A DNA stretch of 64,000 bases from Eledone cirrhosa (Eukaryota): contig OZ024746.1 in the NCBI GenBank assembly GCA_964016885.1, forward strand, positions 95,046,001-95,110,000, given 5' to 3'. The position numbers and the translations under genes were made by a program. Positions within the stretch are counted from its first letter, which is position 1, and each line of letters begins with the position of its first letter. Below are positions 16,520 to 29,250 of this stretch, one piece after another. A model generated the notes under the pieces. That model was given only the letters and a program-made list of their open reading frames with translations, made no database searches and was not told the origin of the DNA.

Positions 16520-17023
16520 CTAACAGCGCTGCGATCGAATGTGGCTTTTTAGCCCAGCCAATGATCTAAAATGTCTTGCACAGAGCCGGCAACCAAAACA
16601 TTCACTGGAAATAGTCGGCTGTGGTTGGAGTTCATGTACTTTTGCATGTCGCTTGAGCCCTCCTGCTGATTTACATTCTCTACCACATGCTTGGCAAGCA
16701 CGATGAGTAGCATCTCCAACAGCAGCCTGGTAGTCAACCACTGGTCTTACTTTATGACTGCGAAGATGACTTTCGAGTCCAGCTTTGCTTAGGCAGAGTC
16801 TCGCACAGACGCTGCATGTTAGCACCATAGGAACACCCTCGCCGTCTGGAAGTGCAACAGCAATGTCCTTCCTCACATCCCGCTTTACTTTCTCGTATGC
16901 GATTCGAGATGCCTCAAAGGCAACTTTTCCCTCATATACAGTCTTTCTCCATTTATTACGATCAGCAGCAATATATTCCCTTGTATCAGCAGAGATGTTA
17001 GCGTCTTTCAAAGAGGTTTTCAA
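16520..17023 (-). mobile_element. RTE-clade LINE ORF C-terminus with three C2H2-type zinc fingers
   Basis: A.DR..WR motif typical of RTE C-termini, then CxxC-x12-HxxxH twice and a third finger ending HxxxQ. 5'-truncated and flanked by microsatellites. Confidence 0.7.
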
Positions 17024-17470
17024 TCCTTATACCTCTTTTTTGGTTTAACATACATACATACATACATACATACACACATACACACATACACACATACATA
17101 CATACATACATAGCTACCTAGTTGATGTTGTCTAAATCTCAATGGAAGAGACTCTCTCTGTTGGTAAAAAAATTATAAACTAATGAAACCAGAAGAACAT
17201 ACATACAAACATACACACATAAACACACGCACATACATACATATATACCTAGCATACATTTATACACACGCATGCATATACATACATACATACATACATA
17301 CATACATACATACATACATACATACATACATACATACATACATACATACATACATACATACATTACCTATGTCCACTTTTTCCGTCTCCAGGGGTATCCG
17401 ATTTTCTCAACTATGTATTATATATATATTGACCGACCGTTATTCTGGTCATTTCGGCGCTGAGACTATA

Positions 17471-18353
17471 CAGGGTGACCATAAAGTCTCTTTATCATTT
17501 AAAAAAATTATTACAAAAGTAAATGAAAAGACAAATATGTAAAAATTATTACAAAATGAGGAGAAGATATTGAAGTCTTTTGTAACTAATTTAATACACC
17601 TCCATATGGGCACCATTAGTTGTACGAAGCACATCAAGACGGTACTCGATTTCTTGCCATGTTCGCTATAGCATAGCCACATCAATGGTGGAAATGGCAT
17701 CAGTGATATTTTGCTTTAGATCAGTGATGTCCTGTATCTTTGTTCGACATAGGACATCTTTAACATAACCCCATAGAAAGAAGTCCTGGGGAGTGATATC
17801 TGGTGAACGAGGTGGCCAAGGAATTGGGTCATCCTTCTAATCCACCAGTCTGGAAATGTTTGATTTAGGAACCCACAAACATGCAGTCCCCAATGTGGTG
17901 GTGCAACGTCTTGTTGGAAAATGATAGTTGGTTGAATGTCATCTAGTTGTGGTGCCACATATTCAGTCAAAAGGTCAAGGTAAACATTTGCAGTAATTGA
18001 TGTCTCGTTGAAGTAAAATGGACCAATTACAAACTTTTTGTGCCATGCACGAATTGACGGACGAGACGGTGGATCTCTTCCATACTTAGTTCTGTAGTTT
18101 CACTGAGTCTGTGTTTCCAATTTTGTTTGAAGAAACCATGACACACATTGTGCCTTTTCTTGAGGAGTAGCCATTTTTAGGGGTTCATTTAACAGTAACT
18201 CTTTCGTCAACAGGATATCTGAAATACACAGATGCAATGTAATTAAAAACTTTGATAAATACTGAGTACAGAGAATAAATCTGATTAAGATATCTCATCA
18301 ATTGCCTTTGTAATATATTTTTCAATTTGTAATGAGACTTTATGGACACCCTG
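17471..18353 (-). mobile_element. Internally deleted Tc1/mariner element, rosa/DD41D type
   Basis: TA|CAGGGTGACCATAAAGTCTC...GAGACTTTATGGACACCCTG|TA. Transposase remnant FQQDVAPPH...WPPRSPDITPQDFFLWG with ~41 residues between the last two Asp across a frameshift. Confidence 0.9.
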
Positions 18354-18514
18354 TATTTCAAATTTCATTTTTTTAAATACTTTTAAGCCAACAGTGGATG
18401 TGTAGTTAGGAACTGCAAAGGGGTTGTAACACTGAAACAAAAAACTTCTAACAAAGACTGAACATAATAAAATCAAAACCCCATTATCACTGTCTCCGTC
18501 TCGCTCATTCTTCC

Positions 18515-18730
18515 CATTGGCAGTATAGGTAGAGGGTCGGACGTCATGCTTTGCAGCATAGAGTTACGGCCCTTTATGCTCTGAGTTCAAATCCCGCCGA
18601 GGTTAACTTTGCCTTTCATCCTTACAGGGTCGATAAAATAAAGTACCAGTAACACACTGGGGTAGATTTAATCGACTGTCCCCTTCCCCAAAATTGCTGG
18701 CCTTGTGCCTATATAAGAAACCACTATTAT
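18515..18730 (+). mobile_element. tRNA-derived SINE (main family)
   Basis: A box TGGCAGTATAGGT, B box GAGTTCAAATCC and the conserved body. Confidence 0.85.
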
Positions 18731-19257
18731 AAGCAAATGGGGGGTGGCACGCACTGATTTGCCTTTGACCTCGGGGAACAGAATAGAAAAGCCAACAGTT
18801 ATATAGATGTTTTTTATGTGGTGGGGTATGATATGTTACTAGTTGTGACCACTAAAACCATTATTCCATTTAGTACTCTATACTTATAGTACTAAAGTAT
18901 TGTATGGATATTATAAGGATTTTCCTACTCTTCAATTAAGCTTTTACCGTTTCGAAGCAAATGAGAAACAAGATATATTTTGATTTTTTCTTATTATTTC
19001 ATCATAGGCGTGGTTATAGTTTGGGTGACAGGTAGGGGGACCTATCAGGAACACACACATACACACACACAACTAAAAAAATCAATAAAATACACCCAGA
19101 ACATTCGATATATTACTCCAAAATAGCCATCCGAATTACCTGATTTTTCGATAGTTTACACAACACATTTATAACATCCATTTAATTTCTAATCTACTTT
19201 ATCCAAATATTAGCCTAAGGCATTGCCAATCCAATCCATAATTCGATACACACACAC

Positions 19258-19303
<46 letters not shown>

Positions 19304-19414
19304 GCACCAACAGGAGAATTTATTTAACCTTGACCTATAGCTAACGCCACTTTAAAAGACACTCTCCGGAGTAGAAACTTAAATACATTATCAAATGTCC
19401 ACCACTAGCTAGGG

Positions 19415-19860
19415 CGAAGAGAGAAAAGATCCCCTTCAGTCAACGAATGACCATGGGATTTACACCTTGAAAATTCCGAACACACGTCCGAGTACAGTTG
19501 TTTGTGGAAGACCAGCAGTCGCCCATGCATACCAGTCTCCCGAGTACAGTTGTTTGTGGAAGACCAGCAGTCACCCATGCATACCAGTCTCCCGAGTACA
19601 GTTGTTTGTGGAAGACCAGCAGTCACCCATGCATACCAGTCTCCCGAGTACAGTTGTTTGTGGAAGACCAGCAGTCACCCCTGCATACCAGTCTCCCCTC
19701 TCCACGCTATCGACGTTATCGAAAGGAAAAGTAATGGCCGATACAGTTCGGCACCAGTGAGATCGCAACTCATTTTTACAGCTGAGTGAACTGGAGTAAC
19801 ATGAAATAAAGTGTCTTGCTTAAGGACACAACGCAAATCCCGATCCGCACTATCAGCTAC
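19415..19860 (-). mobile_element. SINE (second family) with internal 52-bp x4 tandem expansion
   Basis: Reverse complement of 26791-27128; unit GAGTACAGTTGTTTGTGGAAGACCAGCAGTC... starts at 19490, 19542, 19594 and 19646. Confidence 0.85.
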
Positions 19861-20240
19861 CATGCACAATAAAACAATATTGATGACTTATGTCATAAAA
19901 CACTCTAGTACGTGTTCCAGCCAACGGACTGAGGCCATGCTGGGGCAGACTTTTTTAAATCGAGAAAAGGATAATAGCTAACACCAATATGTTTATTAAC
20001 TTTTACATATATAGATATACAACTCTCCAAATATCGGTCGCTCTACGACAGGTTTGTAATCGAGCCGGTAGCAATGGAAACTTCTGGTGTTTTGGGCCGT
20101 AGTACCACCTCCCTACTCGCCACCATCGGCACGGAGTTGGTTGCCCGCAGGTGTTGTGTTCTTGAGCAAAATGGAATGGACCTCCGTCAGTCTCGTCATT
20201 AAGTCTTCCAGTTGTTCGAGCAAAAAACACAGACTGCTCG

Positions 20241-20440
20241 AGAAATGTCCTTGGCCCTAGGGCCACCTCCCTACTCACCATTATCGACACGGAGCTGTCT
20301 ACTTGCGAGCGAGAATGGCTCTTCCAACGCGTTTCCCTCACCATCTTCTGGAGTAACACCTTTTCTATTCTGCTCGCCGGGGCCGCGGAGCGGTCAGCAC
20401 GTGGGACCCTATTTGCTTATGATAGTGAGAGATGGAGGCA
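20241..20440 (+). mobile_element. CRE-like RLE LINE 3' fragment (family 2)
   Basis: VLGPRATSLL...WLFQRVSLTI; homologous to 27478-27735, 57465-57615 and 63208-63740. Confidence 0.65.
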
Positions 20441-21511
20441 GTGACTATATCAGCATTGCTAAAATAATCAAGGGAGACAATCTAGAAAAATTACCGATTT
20501 TTTAACACCCCCTCCCAATAATTTGAGATGTGAGTATGTAAATCTATGATGTACGAACGACTTTAATTTACTTACACTCCGCCCCTGGGTCCCGGCCGAC
20601 AGGATGGAGAATGCATTTCCCCGGAGGGCGGCGAAGGAGATGCGTAGGAACAGTCAGTCCACCTCGTGGGGCTTGCACCTGCAGGCAGCCTACTCCACCC
20701 TGACAGCAGTGAGTGGGGATGTGGTCCCTGTGTAAAGATCACCAGAAGTCTCCACTGCTAAGGCTCTATCTACCCCAGGCCTCTCAGTGAGCGGTCGATA
20801 GTTGGACAGTTTGCCCTCTTTGGCTTGGCAGGCAGCAGAGTCTGGGCTGGTAGCCGAAATCAAGTCTATCGCAGGGTTAACTCACCATCTACTACAGTTA
20901 CTCACTCGCAGCTGAGTGTACTAGAGCAACGTGAAATAAAACGTAATGCAACACCCTGTCCAGGAATCGAACCGAGGACATTACGATCCTAATTTCAGCA
21001 TACTAACCATTAGGCCATGCAGCTTCATAATTAGAGAACGTGTAACAGCTTGTAGCATCCTAGATGAGGGGTCTTCCCCCGCGGAACGGGAAGATTGTCA
21101 TGCCGTCTGGCCTTTTACCGTCCCTTCGATCCAGCCCCGCTGGCTCGAGTGGGAAGGGAAGCTTGCCTCGTCCAGGCCTTGCTTTATGATCTCGTCATGA
21201 GAAGCCGAGGCCGGAGGATCATCATGCCGGTGCTTATCTCGGTCTTCGTGGACTTAAGCGACCGAGACCATATATATTTTTTCTGTTTCTTTTTTTTTAA
21301 AAACTTTTTATCTTTTATCTCTATTTATTTTTTTATTTTCTTCGCCATCTCATCCTAGGGTCCCCTTCTTCATAGCCCTCCCCCTCTTTCATGTCAATCA
21401 AACTATAACAACGCCCCCGAAGAGATAATTTTCAAACAAATTTAATCAAAATAGATTTAGTTACGCGTTTGCCTCGAAACAGTAAAAGCTTAAAGATATG
21501 GCACAAAACCC

Positions 21512-21562
<51 letters not shown>

Positions 21563-21799
21563 AATTATTATTATTATTATAAAATGTGGAGAAGGAGCAT
21601 ACGAGTTGGAATATGAATAAATATATATATATATATGTGTGTGTAAATAGGGAGAAAAAGTCGATTATTAGGAAGAAAAATATTCTTTTTTCCTTTTATT
21701 TATTTTTTTCTCTTTTTTCTGGGTTAGAAAATGTTTAAAACAAAATATTTTACTTTGTGTGAAGTGTTAAGGTATTGGTTAATTCATTTATTAATTAAC

Positions 21800-23078
21800 A
21801 ATGGCATTTATTTATTTATTTATTTATTTATGTATTTATATATTTAATAATTGTCTATTACCGGTTTCAGCATGTTATGCATTATCAAAAGGGGGAATTT
21901 GTATTGGTATAAAATGTTGGAGAGAAGATAATGTGATGTTGAACATGTTAAGGAAATGGGAAAGAAAGAATAATATTATTTACAAACAAGTGAAAAGAAA
22001 AAAGAAAAAAAGGGGGTGATGTGGAACATGATAAGGTAATGGGAAAGAAAGAATACTATTATTTACAGGCATAGTTCTTGAGGATAAGCAGTTCAAAAAG
22101 TGTTATTATGGCAAGAGCGCTTGGTTGGTCCATGATGGAGGCAAATGGTAGTCTGGGGTTTGATATGTTTTCCCTTTTTAGAGAGTTAATATGCAGGGGG
22201 AGGTAATTCAGGGTGGTCGGGTAGGGGAGAGAGATGAGAGAGAGATGGATGAGAGGGGGTAATTCATTAATATAAGGACGTAACTCTTTAGAGAACATAG
22301 GAATTGGGGCTTTGGTTCATTGTTCGTTACAGTTTTAGTTTAGTCCGAAGTTTAGTCCATTAAGTAGAGGTTGGAATTTGTTAATGAAGTATGTTTCCTT
22401 ATTGGTATGATGGATGAAAGAAGCATTGTCTATGAATTTGTAAATGGGGAAAATTTTAAAGTTTGGATGTTGGTTAGGTGTACAATTGGCGATATGTTCA
22501 CTAAAAGCAATCTTTCTGTATTCCTGCATTTTGATTTGTGATCTATGTATGGACAGTCATACATTGTCGGATGCTGTTTTTTGTCTGTCCTATGTAGTGC
22601 TCTTGACAACCTGAGCAGGTCAAAACAGATTAGGTTTTCAGATGCACATGTAAAGTTGTGTTTAACTGTGAAATGTTGTCCTTGTTTAAAATGGAATGTT
22701 GAACCTTCTATTAGATTTATGCATATATACCACAGTTGGGCCTTCCGCATTTTTTTACTGTAGGGTTCATTGTGAGGGTTGGTTGGATTTGGGCTTGTGT
22801 GAGGATGTTTTTTATGGATTTAGGTTGTCTTTTGCTCTTTATGATGTTGTGTGTTTGGAGGATTTTGTTCATTCTTGGGTCTCTTTTTAGTAAAGGAATG
22901 TTCTGGTGGATGGTGTCGAATGCCTCATTGTTGGGGGGGGGGTGAAGATGTATGGTAGAGTTTTCTGTTTCGGTTTATTCCTGGGTTGGGTGTCTGAGTT
23001 CCTGGATGTTAAGTTTTAGGGCACGTTGGAATCCATTGTTTATTAGGGATGGTGGGTTGTTTCTGCTGATAAGAGTTA
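21800..23078 (-). mobile_element. Penelope-like element remnant: linker + GIY-YIG endonuclease + 3' region with degenerate hammerhead
   Basis: Frameshifted NFTCASENLI/VLTCSGCQEHYIGQTK...SEHI...KETYFINKFQPLLN. Downstream TTGATAA-TGCAT-AAC-ATGCT-GAAACCGGTA at 21855-21891. Confidence 0.85.
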
Positions 23079-23561
23079 TATATATATATGTGTGTGTGTG
23101 TTAGGTCACTCTCAAGTGCTACTGGTAACATGTAACCCAGTACAGCCTATCTTATGGTCGGTCGTCGGAGTCTAAACCGGCAACTCCGCCAAGCTCGCTT
23201 GGTGAGTAGGGTGATATTTGGACACCCTGCGGGATGAAATACAACACCCGGCAAAGGGCGGAGGAACTCAGCAGAGTCAGCGGCCATCCAAATAGTATAT
23301 TTTCTTTTCACCTGGGAGTAAAAGGCCCCCAGTTGTTGTCACAACACCTTTCTAGATTGAAATTCTGAAAAAAAAAACCTGCGGCTTCGGAAGCATCCGG
23401 TGATGTTGACAAGTTCGCCTTTTCGGGTAGAGTTTTTGATGTTCAGAGAGTGGGATTGGTTGAGTGCAAGGCCTTTCCCCACTTAAAAAACCTTCAAAGC
23501 ACAGGCATTGCTTGTTCAAGATCTGTTATAAGCGATTGCAATATTCTCAACAAAGTTTGCA

Positions 23562-23599
<38 letters not shown>

Positions 23600-23753
23600 G
23601 ATGGCTGCAACTCGATTTCGAGTAATGCCATGATAATTAAGCTTGCTTGATACTTAAACATGAGCATCATAGACGTGGCTTTTCATACACACACACACAC
23701 ACACATACACACACACACACACACATACACACACACACATACACACACACACA

Positions 23754-23785
<32 letters not shown>

Positions 23786-23816
23786 TACACATACACACAC
23801 ACACACATATATATAA

Positions 23817-24009
23817 ACCAAATAAAGTGTGGTAAGGAACCAAGTGAACTATAACGCACCAGAGTACTCGATACTTAGAGTAGTAGAGAGGGTAATAGGA
23901 AAAGAGTCAAGACCCCGACGGCTGAGCTCCGGCTGTTTCGACAGCTAGATCAGTTCGGATCTAGCTGTCGAAATGGCCGGAGCTCGGCCGTCGGGGGCCT
24001 CACTCTTTT

Positions 24010-24012
<3 letters not shown>
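23817..24012. mobile_element. Fold-back palindromic element (copy 2, opposite orientation)
   Basis: Palindrome ~23898-24012; tail is the reverse complement of the tail at 49160-49222. Confidence 0.75.
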
Positions 24013-24045
<33 letters not shown>

Positions 24046-24404
24046 ATCCACTGTTATAATAGTTAACAATAAAGGTGGTGAAAGAGGACAGAACTTTGAA
24101 GGGCTAAAGTCTGACGTTTGTGGAAAACTGATCAATTTTTCAAAATTTTGTCTCGTTTCCTATTGATTATTGTGAAAGACAGAATATTGAATGAAAAACT
24201 CCTCTGCTACTTGATATTCTCATCACATGATGTGGTAATAATACAAGGTCAATGACTGATATCGATTTTCTTTCCAACCGGATATATATTTCTAGTTAGT
24301 GGTTTTAATGATCTCTGCATTATACCTGTTCCTACTAACTAAACATTTATGGATGTAATAGCCTGTATTGCATCAAATATACATACACAATGCACATTTA
24401 TATG

Positions 24405-24449
<45 letters not shown>

Positions 24450-24548
24450 GGAGACTGTCTGCTATCAATATAACACCATGTTGGCAGGCTGTCCTCGAAT
24501 CGAATTTTCAATCTTCTATTTTTATTTATCTCCTATATTGCATCATCA

Positions 24549-24850
24549 TCTTTATATAAATAAAACAGAAGATGGCTGTCTGTCTCTGTAAATCCCTAAA
24601 ACGCGAGAAGAACCCGACCGATTTTTTTCAAACTTTACACATGCATTATTTATATTTCTTGAAGAACAATGGGGTAAAAAGAACTTAACTTTTTCCGCAT
24701 TAGGCGAAAGACCACGTTTTTTAGGCATTTTTAGGTTATTTTTGAGGCACAACTTAAAGATAATCTAGCCGATTTCCTCGAAATGTGCAGCACACACTAG
24801 TTAGTCCCCTCGCATTGTTGTGGACAAAACAATTTCCGATTATAAAATTT
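24549..24850 (+). mobile_element. Helitron 5' fragment
   Basis: TCTTTATATAAATAAAACAGAAGATGGCTGTCTGTC...CCGATTTTTTTCAAACTTTACAC resembles the 5' ends at 46581 and 47591. Confidence 0.6.
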
Positions 24851-24861
24851 CCGATATACGA

Positions 24862-25458
24862 TGGTGGATTGGCAGTATCGGTAGAGAGTCGGACGCCATG
24901 CTTTGCAGCATAGAGTTACGGCTCTTTATGATCTGAGTTCAAATCCCGCCGAGGTTAACTTTGCCTTTCATCCTTATGGGGTCACTAAAATAAAGCACCA
25001 GTAATGTACTGGGGTAGATTTAATCGACTTTCCCCTCCCTTGTGCCTATACTTGAAATCATTGTTAGGGCGGTGGATTGGCAGAATCGGTAGAGTCGGAC
25101 GCCATGCTTTACAGCATAGTTACGCCCCTTTACGGTCTGAGTTCAAATCCCGCCGAGGTTAACTTTGCCTTTCATCCTTACGGGGGTCGATAAAATAAAG
25201 TACCAGTAATGTACTGGGTAATTGCTGGCCTTGTGCCTAAAGTAGAAACAATTATTATTATATATATATAAGGGCGGTGGATTGGCAGTATCGGTAGAGG
25301 GTCTGACGCCATGCTTTGCAGCAAACAGATACTGCCCTTTATGGTATGAGTTCCAATCCCGCCAAGTTTAACTTCATCCTTACGTGGTCGATAAAATAAA
25401 GTACCAGTAATACACTGGAATAATTGTTGGCCTTGTGCTAACAGTAGAAACAATTATT
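24862..25458 (+). mobile_element. Three tandem main-family SINEs
   Basis: GGTGGATTGGCAG...GAGTTCAAATCCCGCCGAGG unit repeated three times. Confidence 0.9.
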
Positions 25459-26546
25459 ATACATACATATAAATGTGCATTGTGTATGTATATTTGATGC
25501 AATACAGGCTATTACATCCATAAATGTTTAGTTAGTAGGAACAGGTATAATGCAGAGATCATTAAAACCACTAACTAGAAATATATATATCCGGTTAGAA
25601 AGAAAATCGATATCAGTCATTGACCTTGTATTATTACCACATCATGTGATGAGAATATCAAGTAGCAGAGGAGTTTTTCATTCAATATTCTGTCTTTCAC
25701 AATAATCAATAGGAAACGAGACAAAATTTAGAATAATACCACAAACATTTTTCTTCATTTCAACTGGGTTTACATCCATATCAGAAAAAAAAATCAATAG
25801 TAATTGATGACATATAATAAAAATTAAAAGTTTATTAGATTATAAAGTAGATTGGAAAATTATAAAATTAAATTTTAATATTAATTATTAAGAAAAAAAA
25901 TAATTAATGAAATCATTGTTCATTGACTTGTTGCAAATGAGATAGGAAGAAAGTATTCAGATACCATTAGAAAAATTATGATTATCAAAATTTCCTTACA
26001 ATATAAGCCACATCTCATAAGAGAATGAAGAACCTGAAAACATCTTACAGAATTGATGAGATTGGTAACATTAATGCCTTTAGTCTGAGATAGCTTTTGT
26101 TCACAATATCAATTATACTTTATACTGTACCAGTAAATGAATCACAAGCGTATGTATTTGTTTATGAGTTGTTTAGCCCCATCCTCTTTCGCCGCCTCTT
26201 TTAAACTTACAGTGGATCTTATATATATGTGCTGATAGGAAATGCATAGTCTGCAAAGCTAAGCCCGCAAATTAACTGCAAAACAAATCTTAAATTTTCC
26301 GAGTGCTTTTTAAGTCAACCGCTTTGTTTACACTTCAAGCTACAAGCTTAGAATCCTCTAAAAAGACGGAATTGGTGGCCAGCGGTTCTTTAATGTAGTG
26401 GTTACTGCATTCGTCCAGCATTCATAATGCAGGACTTCATTCCTCACAGACATCTGTGTTCAGTTATTTCCGACTCCAGATGTACTGTACTCGATTCTTC
26501 AAATAATATTTATAATGATTTACTATTATTTATTATTATATTCTTA

Positions 26547-26712
26547 GGGTCGGACGCCATGCTTTGACGCATAGAGTTACGGCCCTTGCCATTCTGAGTT
26601 CAAATCCCGCCGAGGTTAACTTTGCCTTTCATCCTTACGGGGTCGATAAAATAAAGTACCAGTAATGCATGGGTAATTGCTGGCCTTGTGCCAAAAGTAG
26701 AAACAATTATTA
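26547..26712 (+). mobile_element. Main-family SINE, 5'-truncated
   Basis: B box and body. Confidence 0.85.
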
Positions 26713-26790
26713 TACTCTTTTGCGTTAGGAGGCACACATTTCAGATTTTCCCACTGTTTCTTAGGTCATATATATATATGGGGTGGGGAT

Positions 26791-27122
26791 GAAGGCGTGT
26801 GGCGTAGTGGTTAGAGCTCGCAATTGTGAGGTTGTGAGCTTGATTTTGAGACCGGGTGATATGTCCTTGAGCAAGACACTTTATTTCACGTTGCTCCAGT
26901 TAACTCAGCTGCAGAAATGAGTTACGACGTCACTGGTGTCAACCTTTGTCGGCCATTGCCTTTCCTTTGGATAACGTCGATGGCGTGAAGAGGAGAGACT
27001 GGTATGTATGGACGACTGCTGGTCTTCCACAAACAAACCTTGCCCGGACTTGTACCTTGGAAGGCAACCTTTTAGGTGCAAATCCCATAGTCACTCGTGA
27101 CCGAAGGGGGATCTTTATCCTT

Positions 27123-27128
<6 letters not shown>
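26791..27128 (+). mobile_element. tRNA-headed SINE (second family), full length
   Basis: GGCGTGTGGCGTAGTGGTTAG A box; GTCCTTGAGCAAGACACTTTATTTCACG core; copies at 19415 and 41060. Confidence 0.85.
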
Positions 27129-27168
<40 letters not shown>

Positions 27169-27172
<4 letters not shown>

Positions 27173-27470
27173 GTCCCTTGGTATTCGCGGTGGTTGCGTT
27201 TCTAGACACCCGCGAAGTGTGAAAAACCGCGAATATTGCACATGGTCCATAAAAATGCCTATAAACGTCAAAACGTAACGTAAAATATAATTTTAAAAAA
27301 AAAGGGAGCGTCTTATGCGAAGGGGCATCCAATAGAACGGCAAATACGGTAGATTGTTATTAATAATTTAGTGTTAAAAATGATATATATATTGCCACGA
27401 AAAGAAACAAACTACATTGCGAAAAATATTTACGATTATGCAAATATGCGGTGGTTTCCACGAACACCGG
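27169..27470 (+). mobile_element. pogo/Tigger-like MITE end
   Basis: AGTAGTCCCTTGGTATTCGCGG terminus after TA, with repeated CCGCGAA motifs; a related right end lies at ~28420-28449. Confidence 0.45.
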
Positions 27471-27477
27471 TCCCTCT

Positions 27478-27735
27478 CCGAAAGGTTTGCGGTCATGCCC
27501 TTGGCAGTGGATACTTCTGGTGTCCTTGGCCCTAGGGCTACCTCCCTATTCACCACCATAGACGCTGAGCTGGCCAGCCGCAGGTATGAGCCTCGCGAGT
27601 TTTAATGGCTCTTCCAGCGCATCTCCCTCTACCATCCTCCTGGGAAACGCCTTCTCCATTCTGTCCGCCGGGGCTGTGGGGGGGACGCCAGCACATGGGA
27701 CCCCATTTGCTCACTATACAGATAGATGGGCAGGG
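27478..27735 (+). mobile_element. CRE-like RLE LINE 3' fragment (family 2)
   Basis: FAVMPLAVDTSGVLGPRATSL...EPRE..WLFQRISLTI..GNA. Confidence 0.7.
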
Positions 27736-27875
27736 CGAGAGAGATGGGGGTGATGACGGTGGGAGTACGGCACTTTCGTGTTCGGACACATTGCACCTGT
27801 CAAGAGTGTATTTTCATACTTCTGACGAATATTGTGAATTCCTATTTATAGTTTGAATCCTTAGAAAGCAACTAT

Positions 27876-28244
27876 CTCTATCTAGGGCGGGTAAAATTCC
27901 CGAGATCCATGGACGAGTTCTCTCCAGCGGTCTCTGTCCCTCATTATCGCTGCCATGTCCTGCGTCTCCAACAGACCAGTGTCTGTCCTTAGGGCATCAA
28001 CATATGTTAACCTTGGTCTTCCTCTTCCAGTGTGTCCATGCAGGGGCTCCCACAGGAGCAGTGAGTGCAATGTCAACTCTGGGTGTCGGTGAGTATGTCC
28101 AGCTAACCTCAGTTTCCTCTGTGTCACTTTTGAGCTGACATTTGGGAGGCTCCCGTACAGCTCTGAGTTTTTCATCCTCAGTGTATACTGATTAATGTTC
28201 AGGGCCATCCTCACCATTCTCGTGTAGCACCCATCCACCATCTG
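27876..28244 (-). mobile_element. 5'-truncated RTE-type LINE with 12-bp TSD
   Basis: ORF with RLAGH..RH..LLWEP..GRPR.TYVD..DR..WR; TSD GAAAGCAACTAT at 27864-27875 and 28245-28256. Confidence 0.88.
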
Positions 28245-28789
28245 GAAAGCAACTATAACTTACAGTAACATCTCCTTCAGTTCCTGCAGTTAACTCTACA
28301 ATCAGTTCCGTTTACCGAATTTCACTCATTGGTCCAAGGTGACTCGCAGTGGGAGTGAACTCGAAATCACGTGGTTACAAAGCAAACCACAGTTATGCCT
28401 ACGCTTATCAGTTACGTTCTAAGGAAAATTCCGCGAATAACTCGGACCGCGAATGCCGGGGATACACTGCATATATATATATGTTTGTATGTATGTACAT
28501 ATTCATGCATACATACACACATACATACATAAACAGACAAAACGGTTGGCTTAAGGAGTATTGAGAAAATCTTTACTGTATGCGTCGGGCTTCCAAACGG
28601 TTTTCAACTAATCAAATTCACTCACAAGACCTGGGTTGACCCAAGACTATGGTAAATGACATTTGCTTAATGACATTTCCACGCAGGGAAATCGAAACTG
28701 CATCTTAATGATTGCGAAGCGAACTTCTTAACCATTTGGCCATGTTACGTCCACAAGCGCTCGAGTTCTGTCTCTCTGCTTCCAACTTA

Positions 28790-29250
28790 GTCGCTTCTGC
28801 TACTGCGGCCCGCAATGCAGAGGAAAGGAAGACAAACAAATACCGGGGATTGTCCAGCCGCTTCCTCTTCGCGCCGGTCGTCGTCGAGACCTCAGGCGTA
28901 CTTGGACCCCATACTGCTAAGCTCCTCCGCAAGAGCGGAACATCAACAGCCTGTCTGAGGAAGGATCCCCGTGAGGTGGGGGTGACTGTTGCAGCGGGTG
29001 TCGCTGGCCATTGTCCAAGGGAGTGCTTTTGCGGTCTTGTCCGTCGGGCGCAGCCCCAACACCACCGCGCCCTAGGCCCTGAGCCTATCACCCCCCCCCC
29101 CCCCCCTTCCTTTCATTCTTCTGTGGCCCTAGAGCCCTTGCCTTGTCCTTCTTTTTCTGTTTTGAAATATTTGTAGTGATGTGTGTATATATAAGTTTCT
29201 ATTGGCTATACTCTTCTCCCCTTTAATGGTTAGACAATCAATAAAATAAA
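28790..29250 (+). mobile_element. CRE-like RLE LINE 3' fragment (family 1)
   Basis: AEERKTNKYRGLSSRFLFAPVVVETSGVLGP; AATAAA-rich end. Confidence 0.75.

Larger units (their letters stand above)
24044..26219. mobile_element. Inverted pair of a DNA-element family enclosing a Helitron 5' fragment and three SINEs
   Basis: Termini GGATCCACTGT/ACAGTGGATCT next to TA; 24143-24410 is a near-perfect reverse complement of 25460-25729. Confidence 0.65.

Noticed and set aside
24862-24950. SINE heads as tRNA genes
   Set aside because: A/B boxes only, no cloverleaf, always followed by the SINE body.
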